DNA of 61,963 bases, filler included, from Nemertoderma westbladi (lineage: Eukaryota; Animalia; Xenacoelomorpha): assembly GCA_032718475.1 (NCBI GenBank). It is 3 parts of 3 records of this genome, joined end to end, with 100 filler letters (N's around TTAATTAATTAA, not from the genome) between each part and the next. Parts side by side here need not be neighbours in the genome. Positions count along the whole stretch, not along the records: positions 1 to 25,133 come from JAUCBJ010002492.1; 2 more parts are not named here. The stretch is one strand, 5' to 3'. Shown piece after piece: positions 1 through 13,447 of the stretch. The stretch's first letter is position 1, and each line of letters begins with the position of its first letter. A program made the position numbers and the translations under genes. Under the pieces are notes generated by a model that saw only the letters and a list, made by a program, of their open reading frames with translations, was not told where the DNA came from and did no database searches.

Positions 1-236
1 CCCCCCCCCCCCCCCCCCCTCCCCCACACCTACTGTATCTTCTGATTACTTTGCTATATTTACACACTATATATACCTTATGTACCAGGACGTGCTGTGC
101 AATTGTACATGTTACAGAAGGTACTCCTGCACTCACAATCTATCCACAATAGTCTTGGTATATAGGCCAAATCAATCACCTGCATTTATTGTAATTTTAC
201 TTATTTTATTGATAACTATCTATTAAATATTTTATA

Positions 237-1498
237 ATGAATCAGCAAATTAATGTTCCGGTATTGAAAGATAAATCCTCTGGTGCCTCTATAATTATAA
301 AGAAAGAACCAACAGACTATATAATTATCAAGAAAGAACCAACAGACAGTGTCCCCTATTCTCGTGAAGTTAAACAAGATAACTGTGTTTACAGATCATC
401 TCTCATCGAAGATCACAACAATTTGTTCGGTGGAGTAAATGTAGATGTTGCCCCTGTAATAGGTGACGAAGATATTACTTATGAACCATCTGGTGATTCT
501 TTTGTTGTCGAAAAACGTGAAAACGACGGCCCAGATTGTTCGTATGATGGTAGGCCTATTGGAACTGAAGATACAGACATTCATTGTCATCAATCTGCTT
601 CTGGATTGCAGTTTATCAGTGTAAAATCTGAAGGTTGTTTTTTATTTACTGAGTCATTAGCAGAAACTCGAACTGTTAAAGAACAATTTGACGTTGCTGG
701 TACCTCTCGTGACAATGTTGATATTTGCAGAGCTACTGGACCGACAATCAGTTGGGCAACAACAGAATCCGGGGGTTCTTGTGAAACTGTTGGAGAGTTC
801 CAATTACCGTCAGATACCAGTTGTTGCTCCCATTGCAATCAATTATTTAATGATAAAGGAAATTTAGAGAGACATATAGAATCCGTTCATAAAGAAGTCA
901 AGAATAAGTATAAATGCGATTATTGTGAGAAACTGTTCAAAAGCAAATATTATATAAAGAGGCATGTTGACGCTACCCATAAAGATATCAGATATAATTG
1001 TAGTTATTGTAATAAAGGATTTAGCCAGCAAGGCAGTCTAAACACCCATGTCAACTACTTTCATAAAGATATCAAGTACAGCTGTTCCGATTGTGGAAAA
1101 TCATTTGCTACAAAAAGTGATCTAAAAAACATATCGACTCCATTCACAAATGTATCAAGTACAGCTGCTTTGATTGTGGGAAATCATTTGGTAGAAAAAC
1201 CAACCTAAAACAACATGTCGACTCTATTCATAAAGATATCAAGTACAGCTGCTTTGATTGTGGAAAATCATTTGCTACAAAAAGTGTTCTAAAAAAACAT
1301 ATCGACTCCATTCACAAATGTATCGAGTACAGCTGCTTTGATTGTGATAAATCGTTTGTTAGAAAAAGCGAACTAAAACAACATTTCGATTTTATCCATA
1401 AACATATCAAACATAAGTGCGGTTATTGTAGCAAAGAATTCAGTCGGAATAGCAATCTAAACACCCATATCAACTACTTTCATAAAGATATCAAGTAG
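237..1498 (+). CDS. C2H2 zinc-finger protein, about 8 fingers (CxxC-x12-Hx4H, 29-aa period); one frameshift in an A-run near 1124
   Basis: ORF 237-1208 has 4 fingers. Fingers continue in another frame (YSCFDCGKSFGRKTNLKQHVDSIH etc.) to TAG 1496-1498. The A-run has 6 A versus 7 in copy 2, so this is either a sequencing error or a pseudogene. Confidence 0.85.
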
Positions 1499-2349
1499 AT
1501 CTGCGACTCCATCCACAAAGGTTTCAAATATAATTGCGGTTATTGTCATAAAGAATTCAATCGGCAAAGTCATCTATACGTAGACACTATAGCAGCAATA
1601 GCTTTCATAAAGGTATCAAATATAACAGCGGAGAATTTAGTTATCGAAATGACCTAAACACGAAAAAATCTGTTCATATATAAATATTGTTTACGAATCT
1701 AAGAATTTCGTATTCTTATTATATATATATACAAAATGTAAATATTTTGTTCGTAATCGAAGGATATTGATCTCTAGATTGGGGATAACAAATACATTGG
1801 GGATGTTTTAAACACATCGAAACAGCGCCTTTTTCGAATCGAAACACTCCCTTTATTTTTTATTTATATTTTTTTAACCCACTAACATACATTTCCACAA
1901 TTAGTGCGGCAGATTAATCTGGTTTTGAGGCAGAATTGTTCAAATTGTGATAGAAGCATGAAATTTGGTACGAACGTTCCTTTGGGGTCAATGTGCAAGA
2001 AAAAAGCGCTAGTCGCTTGGAATTCAGACATGCGGCAACAAGTACACGTTTCCATGGCGACCAGTACTTAATAAGAGACGTATAACCCTTAACTGTGGTG
2101 GAGGTTTCAAGAAAATAATTTATATATGTGCTCTTCATTTGGATAAATTATATAATTTTCATATAAAATTCGTTTGTTTCCATAGCAACCGATAAATAAA
2201 AATTTGTAATTTTTAAGCCATCGTGATATATTGATTAAATATAACTAGATTTTCTATTGTGGGTTCTTGTTTATAATTACAGTTCTAAACAATCCAGATA
2301 GGTTTTATGTTTACTTAAATGTGTATTATAATGTACCTGTATCCATAGC

Positions 2350-2772
2350 TACCAGTAGTTATGGGTGGCGTGATAAGTCTAAAGGACAGGTCCTTGGTTG
2401 GATTAGAGCATGATTGTCAGTAGCTGTGGTGCGGGCGACGGGTCTTTGTGTCTGGGAGGGAGGCGGCCATGGCGGTCTCTATAGGACTGTAAGATGGGGC
2501 GGGAATGTGTAGCCAGTGGTATTAATCCTAAGAAACCGTTGTAGAAATTGTTTCTTTCAGTTGGGTTTTATTGCCGTGATTTATATTTGTTAAATTTACA
2601 TTTTGTTAGAAATTAGTCGTTCCTGGTATGGCTAACTATTTAAATTAGATTGATCAATTATAATTTATTGTGTTTTACTTTGTGTATCATTGTTTGTTGT
2701 ATCGGTTTCTACTAGGCTCTACTTCCTTCTTTGTAATGAAATATTAATCTCTACTAAAGTTGGAAAAAAAAC
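2350..2772 (+). mobile_element. Probable 5'-truncated retroposon (LINE 3' UTR or SINE) with short A tail
   Basis: Ends in an A8 tract (2764-2771) and is flanked by direct repeat GTATCCATAGC (2339-2349, 2773-2783). No empty site is available. Confidence 0.45.
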
Positions 2773-3520
2773 GTATCCATAGCAACCACATCCAATACAT
2801 TATTGTTTACATTGAAATAACTTTATTCTCTCTATTTTATATCATAACAATATAAAAAAAACAAATATTCTTGAGCTTTGTGTCACAATTTTCAGCCTAT
2901 TCATACGTCGTATGCTCATACACCCTTATCCACAGTTCTAGGAGTCTACTTCGAAATGCACGATTATAGTACAGCTCTCACATCATCTAAATTGTTTTGG
3001 TATGAAAACTCGCTGGCTACATTAGTGGCGGCCTCAACCATAATAATAAAAACTGTCATGTAACCCTAAGTCATAATCTAAAAAAATTTATTAACGTTAA
3101 ATTACATTAACAGACAGACAGACACACGTTGCGCTGGAATCTTTATATATCTGTATTATAGCTGTATATACTGTAATTCTAAATTCGCTTAATTGTTTTC
3201 GTTCACGGTCATATTGACATTGTATCAATTATTTCGGTATTGTGTTGGGAGTAGATTTTGCTTAAATTACATCGTGCAAACCTTTTCTACTTCGTTGAAC
3301 TTTCGACCCGCACTCTAAACATATTTAATAAAATTTGTATAAATTCAACAAAAATATTTTCACGTTGTCGTATTTTCATTATTTGTTTACTTTTTGCCGG
3401 GAAAAGAGTAAAAGAAATGCAATCCTAGGTTACTTTTCCCTATGGAAAAATGATGTTCTCTTTTTCCCCCGATTTTGAGGCATTCGAGCAAAAATAACAA
3501 TTTAATTTATTTTGTAACAG

Positions 3521-3677
3521 GACGCAATAGCTATCCTCCGTGAATTCAAAAAGCCTGATGCATCCCTTCATCACTATAACATTAAATCCAAAATGGCCTG
3601 AGATAACCGAGTCATTACTCCCGGGTCAACGCGCAGAGGGCCGGCCAGATATCGTGTCCCGTGTATTCCGGCTTCGC
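3521..3677 (+). pseudogene. Helitron RepHel fragment (Rep motif-1 region)
   Basis: Translates as DAIAILREF...FITITLNPKWPEITESLLPGQRAEGRPDIVSRVFRLR, resembling the Helitron consensus DAMAIVR..GKPDLFITFTCNPKWPEI..LLPGQ...DRPD.V.RVF; preceded by an acceptor-like TTTTGTAACAG. Confidence 0.8.
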
Positions 3678-5144
3678 TGTAGGCCTAAGATTAAAACTAA
3701 AATCTTTGTTCGCTCTACTCTACGTACTCCTTAATATATTTCCTGTTTATAATCGTCATTTGGACTACTGATCCCCTTATAAATAGATTATTTGTAGTGA
3801 TATGTTTTAGTACTTAGCAGGTGAACTAACTGTTCAAGAGTATAGAAATTAATAGAATAGAAATTACATGAACTCTCAAACTAAAAACTAACTGATATAA
3901 TTATATAATATATAACTATAATGTTTTTGGTGGGTTCTGGGGTTAGTTTTCCACGAAGTTTGTTCCTTTTATGCGACGAAAAGTTTTCCACGAAGTTTGT
4001 TCCTTTTATGCGACGAAAATGGTTTGAAAATTGCAACTAGGTCCACCCGACTTTACAGCACTGGTTTGTGTTTCCCAGTTTTAGTTTTCTAATTCCTTGG
4101 CTGCGCCGATTAGCCGCAGATCTCCCCGAAAAAGCCGAGATATTCCAGTCTGGCCTTTAAGCCAATACTGCAATATACCAGTATACAGTACAATACAGAT
4201 ACGCATACACAAATATAATAAAAACTATAACCACTGTCCACAAGCAAATACAGTAGCTACAATACTAGTGCAGCCTGAAGGACTGAGGTGGGCCTGAGGA
4301 TAAGGAGTTAAGTTGGTGCTCGAAAAAAAGAAAATAATATTAATAAAGTTAGAGTAGATAAAGTTACATGTTAATACACATTTAAATTTAAAATGTTTGT
4401 AATATTTCCACCTGCTGCGTGTACATCACCTGATCACTGGCAGACTGGGCTGAAATATTTAAAAATTTAATAAGAACGAGGAAATAATGAATGAATATGG
4501 AAGTTATTTATTTTTGTTGAGATTAATTAATTTGCTAGTGGGAAATGTAGGCTATAATATATTGAATAAGTGTTTTTTTTAAGATGTGATTGGAACAGCG
4601 ATTTAGATTTTTTGCATCTATCAGTTAGTCGGGCAGCGAGTTCCAGACATGAGGCTTATTTATTATGTCTGTACACTGTAGGGCTACCACTGGGTGACTG
4701 GCGCTCCAGTCGTTTACTGCTGTCACAGTCTGACAGTGTCATGCTGTACCGGTCCCGGTTGCCCGGTACGGTACCCATCTAATCTACTACAGTACTACAG
4801 TCAGACCTCAGAAAGTTAGCGAGTTAGGCTGTTAGGTACTGTAGGTAATTGTTAGCTGCCAGGCGTCAGGCTCTCTGCACTCTGTCCGTGATAAATTACC
4901 ATAGGCCTAATTACTTAAATTTTAAATTGAAAATTCGTAAACCACTAAATTATGAAATTCATTCTGGCTATAGTGTAAATTGGACATATTGCAGTATTGT
5001 GTGTGAGTGTGACCAGACCACTGTTCCTGACTGAAATTAATTAGGCCTATGACTACTGGACTATTAGCGATTGGCGAACGATAACCATTCTATTAGGCCT
5101 ACATAATTTTTTTGTAGGCCTAATAAATAATAAAATTTTTGAAA

Positions 5145-5252
5145 ACTCCGGCTCCGTCTAAATTGTCCATACTCAGATACTCCGGCTCCGGCTAAATTGT
5201 TCATACTCCGGCTCCGGCCAAATCCAGAAATCCCAACTCCGATCGAGCCCTA
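5145..5252 (-). mobile_element. Solo end of a hAT-like MITE (also at about 20118-20224)
   Basis: Repeated CTCCGG subterminal motifs; reads TAGGGCTCGATCGGAG on the minus strand; partner end not found. Confidence 0.35.
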
Positions 5253-5479
5253 CTGTATAACATACTTACTGTGGTACCGGTTACTCTTACTTTACTAGAT
5301 ATACTGATATACTAGACTCCGTCTTTATCATTTATAGTACTGGTCAGCTGGTAGTAAGTAGGTAGAAGTACAGGTACAGAAGTAGGCATATGGTATTGCT
5401 GTTGCTGTACAGCTGTGATGTAGGTGGGATGTAGGCCTAGTTAGTATAAGTATATATTTCGTAACGCCCAGAATGGTCG

Positions 5480-5510
<31 letters not shown>

Positions 5511-6268
5511 TCCCTTACAGACTTACTTATTAGTACAAGGCCTCGTAAGCCGTACCGGTTTAGACCTAGTTCAGTAGTTACCTCCCAGTTAGTCAGGTTC
5601 AGGTTTAGTCTGTTAGTCTTAGTTAGTACTTTTAGTGTAATACAGCAGGAAATTAGATATACCGGCAGGTCCGGATCCGGAACCCTGATGCTACAGACAG
5701 CTGTAAGGGGGTGGGGGCGGGGGGGGGGGGGGGAGTATATACCCCCAGTACGTAGCGCGTAGCAGCACACTTCAGCACTCAGTCGGTGAGAAGTCAAAAA
5801 TTGGACTTCAAGTCCAATTTTAGACTTCAAGTCCAATTTTGGACTCCAAAGTCCAATATTGGACTTTAGTACAACTCCAAGTGTACCCATGCTGCCATAC
5901 TGTATATCGGTATTTAAATCAAAACTGCATCCCGTATCAGTACATATATATTACATAATTACAATGCAACATTATTTTAATGATCAAATTAATTATTATA
6001 TGTATTATACAATGTTATAAACAGGGATCGCACACGTACAGTCAGACATCAGTAGTTACTTTTTGCGGTAGTGGTATAGCTTTGCGGTAGCCTTACTGCC
6101 TTAGCGGTGTATACCGCGGTAGCGTAGTTGAGTTATAGCTGTATAATTCATTCATACCCATACTGACTGCCATACCTGTGGTATTTTCGTATGGCAAAAA
6201 TAAGACTACTGTAAACTGTAACCTATTATGTTATTGAGTTAATGTTTATTGACTAATTGTTTTGATTA

Positions 6269-6573
6269 GGTTCACTGTGTCAAGTCTCAAGTACAATGCA
6301 CACATCTCTGCATCTCCAACCAGACACTATATAACATTGGAGTTGGAGGTGTCTCATTCAGTCATTGGTTCCCCCAAGCTCAGAAGCTTGACACTAGAAC
6401 AAAGCCGCCTCCGCTTTGCAGGACATCGCTTTAAGCCGTGAGAACCAGCCAGTGCACCTCATGGAGTGAATAAGCATGGTGGACAGCCCATGACTTTCTT
6501 GAGACGCATCTTTCTTACTGTCTTAAAGGACACTGGCCTTGAAGATGCGGATGATCTAGCAAATGTCATGGGT
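6269..6573 (+). mobile_element. RTE-type LINE 3' fragment nested in element A
   Basis: Aligns with 61276-61547 (HGVNKHGGQPMTFLRRIL..KDTGLEDADDLANVMG). Confidence 0.8.
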
Positions 6574-6583
6574 AATAAGGCTG

Positions 6584-7820
6584 GGGTCCTACTAAATACT
6601 ACAAAAAGCACAAAACAAGCACAAAAAAGCACAAAAAAGTCAAGAAAAGCACAAAAAAGCACAAAAAAAGCACAAAAAAGCACAAAAAAAGTAAAAAAAA
6701 GCACAAAAAAGTAAAAAAAAAGCACAAAAAAACATTCTCACTTCAAGAGACATGGGGGGGGGGGGGGGGTGGAGGCGAAAATATGAGAGATATTGTTACA
6801 GACACCCTGACACCCCCCACATACGAAGGTAACCCATACGCCTATGATTGATTAATTTGCAACGTTCTGACCTACAGTATGTAAAGGCCACAATACTGCA
6901 AAGTGTATTTGTAATTAAATTCACTATAAAAAAAACATAATCAAACACATAGGCCTACAGTATAGATTAATAGTTTAATAAAACTACAGTATATTACGAT
7001 CGTGGGAAAGAACACCAAGGATCTAAGGCACTCATGGGGGTCGTCAATTAAGGTAAAATAAAATAGAATATTGACATATAAGATAAGTTCCGACAAGACA
7101 AGGCAGTTCCGACCTAAGCGAGATTATTGCAAGTATGACTATGACTAATATCATCATACTTGTCCTCAGACGTTATCGATCGCCCACTCGAGAGGTTCGG
7201 GCAGACCGTGATGTGATAATTGTACAGTATGTCGATTTATCGGTGAACAAAGGCATTCCAATAACAGAATAATCGCGATTTCGGTCAACACTGACATATC
7301 CAGTTTACAAGCGCCTATGCTGCGTCGCTACATCTCCCACATCGCTACATCGTTACAAGTAATTAATCAGAACGCTGATAAGTTGACATAATGTGACAAT
7401 AAAAAAGTATATTACAGTATTATAAGTTCTATCCTGATATTTGAATTGAACCATCTTTACATACTGACATTAGCCTGATATTGCACTAGGGTGCTCGTGG
7501 TAGGGCTGTACCTGTAAGTGCTCGTGCTGGTACTCACTCACTGGCAGCTATATGACATGAAAGCATACTGGACATGTGATTATCCTTCCGGTAGCCTAGA
7601 CACTACTGCACTACATGATATTGCTTCTTCTATCATCTGTTCTATTACAAGCTCAATAAACAGCTATCAGTTTGCTTTTTTGTGCTTTTTTTTACTTTTT
7701 GTGCTTTTTTTACCTTTTTTGTGCTTTTTTGTGCTTTTTTTGTGCTTTTTTGTGCTTTTCTTGACTTTTTTGTGCTTTTTTGTGCTTGTTTTGTGCTTTT
7801 TGTAGTATTTAGTAGGACCC
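6584..7820. mobile_element. Mutator/Foldback-like non-autonomous element with modular long TIRs, 9-bp TSD
   Basis: About 145-bp TIRs beginning GGGTCCTACTAAATACTACA and made of GCACAAAAAA subrepeats; TSD ATAAGGCTG (6575-6583, 7821-7829). A 9-bp TSD with long TIRs is typical of MULEs. Confidence 0.85.
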
Positions 7821-10059
7821 ATAAGGCTGTAAGAGTGTAAGGGAGTTGTGGAGGCGCACTTTTATCAACAAGCCAGCACAGCATTCTTAATACATAATAG
7901 GGCCTATATATATAATATATAATATATATATATATAATAATATATATATAATATATAATGCAGCTGCAATGAATCATGCCGATTGTAGTAGTAGTATGTG
8001 GTGAGGTTATAGGGCTCCTTCAATTGGTAAAGTCAAAAGTGGCCGTTTATTGTTTTAGTTAGAAAAGCATGCCTCTGTAACCTGTTCCTTTCCCTCAATT
8101 GGTTTATGATTATGACGTGTGTTACTTGTTACTTCTGTACTTATTATGTGGAGACCCCAACACGTTAATCAGTTACTAATCCCATTTCATTATCCTGTTA
8201 TCCAGCCGTTTTATAATACCCTTCCTGTTGTATGGAAAAATTAGAAGAGATGGTGGTAGCATCAACTTGTAGTTTTTCTTTCTGATAAGGCTCCCATAGC
8301 CTTAGACGAAATCGTAGCTTGTACTGTAGTTAGCCTTAGCAGCAGCTGCAATTGGCTAACCTGGCATTGCTACCAGTATCCACCAAATATAATTTGTAAT
8401 TAAATATTTGTTGGAGCATAATCTAATCTAGTCCTAAAGACACTATAAAGTCCTGGGTACATAAGGCTGTAAGGTTAGACATAACATGAATGTCAATTGT
8501 AAACTAAACAATATGCTAAAAGTAAAGTACAAAGTACCTAGAATGCTAGAAAGTACCATTATATTCTAAGTACAGTACAGTCAGTACACTGAAGGTGAAG
8601 ATACATACAGAGCTGCAAAGGTAACTTTCCATAACTTAACAGCTGTCTGGCTGTCTCTCATCTGTCATGCTTCATGTACCTTTAAGTTCGATTCTCAATG
8701 TCACGTCCAAATTGGACTTAAAGTCCAATATTGGACTTTTGTAAAAATTCAAAGCCTTATAAAAAAAGTTCCCCCTGGTGAATTTCAGGTCCCCCTGTTC
8801 AAAACTCTTATTTTTTGATATATTTTCGATTAAAGAAAAAAAATCCCGCCCGATCCAATTACCCAAGGCCCTGGAACAATTGGCTGATTTGAAGTCCAAT
8901 ATTGGACTCACAGAAGTCCAATTTTGGACTTGAACTGGAGTCGAAGTCCAATTTTGGGCTCAAGTCCAATTTTTGACTTCTCACCGACTGGCACTTGGAT
9001 CTATCCTATCTGGGGACCTCCAACCTTTTCAGAGTTTCCGGTTGGTGTACCGGTATCTATACACTGTTGATTCTTAATTAAATATGGGTTTAAATTTGGT
9101 TTTCTATTCTACAATATTCCTAACTCTCGTTACCGGTTGTTGTTTTGGTTCCTTTCAACTCGCCTTTATAACCTGCTCCTTTACTAACCTGCCTGGTTTT
9201 GGAGGCCCCCAAACAGGATAATCCCGCACACTTTAAAACTTGAAACCGGGGCTTTTCGTATTGGAATTTTTAAAAGTGAATAAAAAAGTACTGGACATGA
9301 CATGGGGAGAAGTTATATTTTCAACTGAGTTGAAATTCCAACTTTATTTATTAAAATTCAATTTTTTTTTACTTCAACTTTTGGACTACGGTACGGTAGT
9401 AGGGTAGGTTTGGAAATGATTTGAAAATTTGAATTTGATGAATTTAAAAACTAAAATATGGAGTTGGAATCCATTACAGATATTCCATTATATAATAATT
9501 AATTAATTATGACATAGGCCTACAGCGGTAATTTAATAGGTCTAATAAGTAAGTACCATTAGTATTTCAACTATTTTCCAAATGTAATCTTTTAAAATTT
9601 TAAAAAAGTAAAGCCAACGGTGAAACTTTTTATTCCATTGGTTAATGAGTTAATTATAATGCAATATCTGCCCTGGAGACTATTCCGTATTTGGAGTGAT
9701 TTGGAGTAATTTGTTACCACTGGGGTGTTTAGACCATTCTGCCATTAGCAGCACTGGTGGCTGTGGGGGGTCGATTCCCCCCCCCCCCCCCACTGTATTT
9801 TTGTAATCATCCAATAAAATCCTACGAAATTTGGGCTGTAGGTTAAAAAATTATCGAAGAACATGTTCAAATCCAAAAAAAATGAAAATTTCATAAGGTG
9901 GGTATATTAATTTTCATGAAAATTACAAGTAGTCCCAGGACAAAATATAAATTTTTTTTATATTCTAAAAATTAATAGTGTGGCATTGTTGGCTAGCGTT
10001 AGTAGGTTTTTCACTACACTGAATCGAATGGGATTATATTCCATTTCCGAAAATGGAAT

Positions 10060-10810
10060 TGAATCTATTTTTCGTGCACCTAAGAAGTTGGCGCTTCGGA
10101 AAATGCCCCATCTTTTGATTTCAACGCGTTTTTATAGGTTTTTCTGGACCGCTGAAACGATTAAAAATATTATAGAACCGTGAAGATTTAGGGATCGTTG
10201 TTTTTAGAGCACCAAAATTAAGGTGTGGCACTTCAAATATTGAAAAATAGGCCCCTTCGAGATTCGGAAAATAAACCAAAGTTGAGATTTCACAGCACAT
10301 TTCTAGGTTTTCTGGACCGCTGAATCAATTGAAAGTATTATAGAAGCCTAAAGACTTAGTGGTTCGGCATTTCTGGTGCACCAAAATTAGGGAGTGGCTC
10401 TTATTCAAATTTTGAAAAAGTACCACGCCCTAATTTTGGTGTAGGCCTACCAATAATGACGTACCACTAAGAATTGAGGCTTCAATATTACTCTCAATCG
10501 ATTCAGCGGTCCAGATAACCTATAAAAATGGGTTGAAATGAAAACCTTGTGGTATTTTCTGAATATCGTAATTTTGAAAATTTTAAGTAAGCTTACTTGC
10601 TACGCCCTAATTTTGGTGCACCAAAAATGATGTACCACTAAGAATTGAGTCTTCTATTTTACTTCCAATCTTTCAATCGATTAAGCGGGCCAAAAAACCC
10701 ATAAAAATGCGTTGAAATCAAAACTTCAGAGTATTTAATGAATATTGCAATTTTGAAAATTTATAGTGCCACGCCATAATTTTAGTGCACCAAAAATGAC
10801 GTACCACTTC
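10060..10810. repeat. Imperfect palindrome of about 170-bp subrepeats (also about 22490-24890, interrupted)
   Basis: TTTTCTGGACCGCTGAA at about 10140 and 10308 is mirrored by TTCAGCGGTCCAGA at about 10502 and a degenerate copy at about 10681; axis near 10412. Confidence 0.6.
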
Positions 10811-10825
10811 ACTTACATACTTATA

Positions 10826-13447
10826 ATATAATATAATGTATATTTTTCCAAAACAAGTTGGGCCGATTCAATAACAAGTTGCACACTTATGTGGAATCGT
10901 CTCGGCCAGAATAATTACAAACAGGTAAGGCACGGAATACAAATATACAATATATAAATGATATACATAACGTAAGTAATACTTAATACTATACAGTTAC
11001 AATACACTTACCATGCACATAGCCCATACAATACACACTCGATACATCCATACAATACACACTCGATACATCCATACAATACACACTCGATACATCCATA
11101 CAATACACACTGTTCCCCCCAGAAACCCTCTGCCAATCCCGCTGCACCCCACCCACATCCATCCCACCCTGAATGGAGAGAAACCCGACCCGCTCGCCGC
11201 ATTAAGTCGCTGATGTCACAAAGGTGCTTTTAAGCAAGGTATGGCGAAAATAATAAGTTGAGTGTAATAGTCTTCATCTGGGAAAATAACCACGAATCAC
11301 GATTGAGTGGTGCACAATAACATTTGTTTAATATTAATGCAATTTTTGAATAATTTTGACAAGATATGCCACACCATCACCCACTTCTTAGTAAAATACG
11401 AAAAGCAAGATAAAACATTCTGATTGGGACAATGAAAAAATAAAATGAAAAAATAAGGAATATTAGTAACCCAGCGAATTAAACCTGTTTGTTGCCTCGA
11501 TAAAAGTTGCGACAGCCGAAATAAGGACAGGTGTTTTAGATGCAACGATGCTGGGGGTGCCAGTAGGTCCATGTAAGATAACATGAACCGAAAAACGGAG
11601 GTCAAGTTGTAACATGGACTGATTAAGTACCAATCGAGGGCCAGTGTACCGCGTGCATTCCATAAAATAGTGGTACACATCTTCGCAGGGATGGCCGCAC
11701 CCACAAGTTCTATAACTAGTAACCTTTGCACGAAATAAATCGTCATTTAAAGACGAACAGATGCATCGCATACGAGCAAGCAGGCCGTTAATTTTTGGGC
11801 TACCGAGCAAGTAGTATGATGGCACTGCTGCGGATGGGTAAAGGTGATTACTTGCTAAATTTTTAAAACTATTAGCAGATGTTGCATTACGTATATTATC
11901 CGGTAAGTCGTTCCATATTCGTATGGAAGATAGTAAAAATGAATTTTTAAGTAATTATTCCGAGCAAAAGGTACCCTATAATTATCTCGATTTCTTGTAC
12001 AATATGGGGAAGACTGGGCCAAGGTTTCCGGAAGTAATTCGCGCAGATGTGGGGGAGCTGAATTTTTTGTCATTTTATATAGAATAATTAATTTTTGAAT
12101 TGTCCTTCTATTTTGTAGGGTCGATATTCCAGATTCAGTATATAAACTGACAGTTGAACAAGAAATGGTTAATCGACATATTATCCTAATGGCTTCCTTA
12201 TTTATCAGCTCCAGTTTATACTTTAGTTCGTTAGAACAATTGTCCCACACTGGCCCTGCATACTCCAGACCAGAACGAATAAACGCCACATATATTTTGA
12301 GAAGTGCTGCCCTATCTACTTTATATTTAACAGCGCGCAACATATTTAGTTTAAGCGTAGCTTTAGTAATAATATTTTTAATATGAGCATCCCATGTTAA
12401 ATCAGACGATATAGTACACCCAAGATGTTTATGACTCTCAACTTCTTCAATTATGTCATTATTCAAATAAAGGATACCATGTTCAATATGCCTGACCTGT
12501 TTGTGGGAGACCAACATTGCCTCAGTTTTTGAAGCGTTATATGTGACTAACCATTTTTTGCCCCAATCAAAAACATTAGCCAGGTCGGCATTAAGAGCCG
12601 CCGTGGCTACACTAGGTTCCCCCACAATAACGTACAGAGATGTATCATCCGCAAATAACTTTACTTTAGAACTAACAATATCGACAATGTCATTAATAAA
12701 AACTAAAAATAACAATGGACCTAGCACAGAACCTTGTGGAACCCCTGCAAGCGTTAATAACCACGTGGACTGACACCCATTAATTAAGACGCACTGCATA
12801 TTGTTGGATAAATAACTTTGAAACCATTTCAACAGAGAGCCAGATATCCCCATCCGCTCTAGTTTATGTAGTAGTGCGGCATGATGAACCTTGTCAAATG
12901 CTTTACTGACATCGAGAAATACCAATCTTACCTCTTTACCCTTGTCAACGGCACTAACCAACTCGTGGTACAATGTAAGTAATTGGTAAACACATCCGTC
13001 CCCGCGGCTGAAACCAGATTGAAATTTTGTTATATAACCCTTTATATGATTGAATACGTATTTAAATATAATGCGTTCGAAAAGTTTACCAAGGCAGCTC
13101 GTTAGGGACACTGGCCTATAATTAAGACATTCAAATCGTAAACCTTTTTTAAAAACCGGGGTAACGAACCTTTTTTTCCAAGATGCGGGATGCCATGCCT
13201 TATCTAATATAAGTTGAAAGAGTTTGGAAAAATTACGAGCCATAAAAGGTAAAGCAGATAAAATCATTTTATTTGAGATTTTATCCCCAGGTGACGCAGC
13301 TTTACCAGCTTTACTTTGGCTGCAGCTAAAACGTCAATTCTAGAAATGTTTATTTCAGTAAGTACAGGCTCAGGCATTGGCCCCTCTGGGATAATAAAGT
13401 TCGAACAATCCAGTTTATATTGGTCTGTAAAATAGACATTAAAGACA
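10826..13447 (-). mobile_element. 5'-truncated CR1/L2-group LINE, recent insertion
   Basis: RT ORF 11855-13267 (QGSVLGPLLF, LFADD); C-terminal CGCG..ED..H...C module in 11463-11825 after a frameshift; 13-bp TSD TTACATACTTATA (10813-10825, 13448-13460); empty site at 24893-24905; short AT-rich tandem tail. Confidence 0.93.
11855..13267 (-). pseudogene. LINE ORF2 reverse transcriptase domain (truncated)
   Basis: NYRPVSLTS, FLDVSKAFDKV, GVPQGSVLGPLLF, LFADD motifs; no endonuclease domain. Confidence 0.9.

Larger units (their letters stand above)
5780..8990. mobile_element. Non-autonomous DNA transposon 'A': CAGTC termini, 5-bp TSD
   Basis: TIR CAGTCGGTGAGAAGTCAAAAATTGGACTT at both ends; TSD GCACT (5775-5779, 8991-8995); empty site CTTCAGCACTTGG near 21467 in copy 2; subterminal AAGTCCAA/TTGGACTT repeats. 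Confidence 0.93.

Noticed and set aside
6459-7977. Lys-rich and Phe-rich ORFs (histone H1-like or membrane-like)
   Set aside because: They are translations of the GCACAAAAAA TIR modules.
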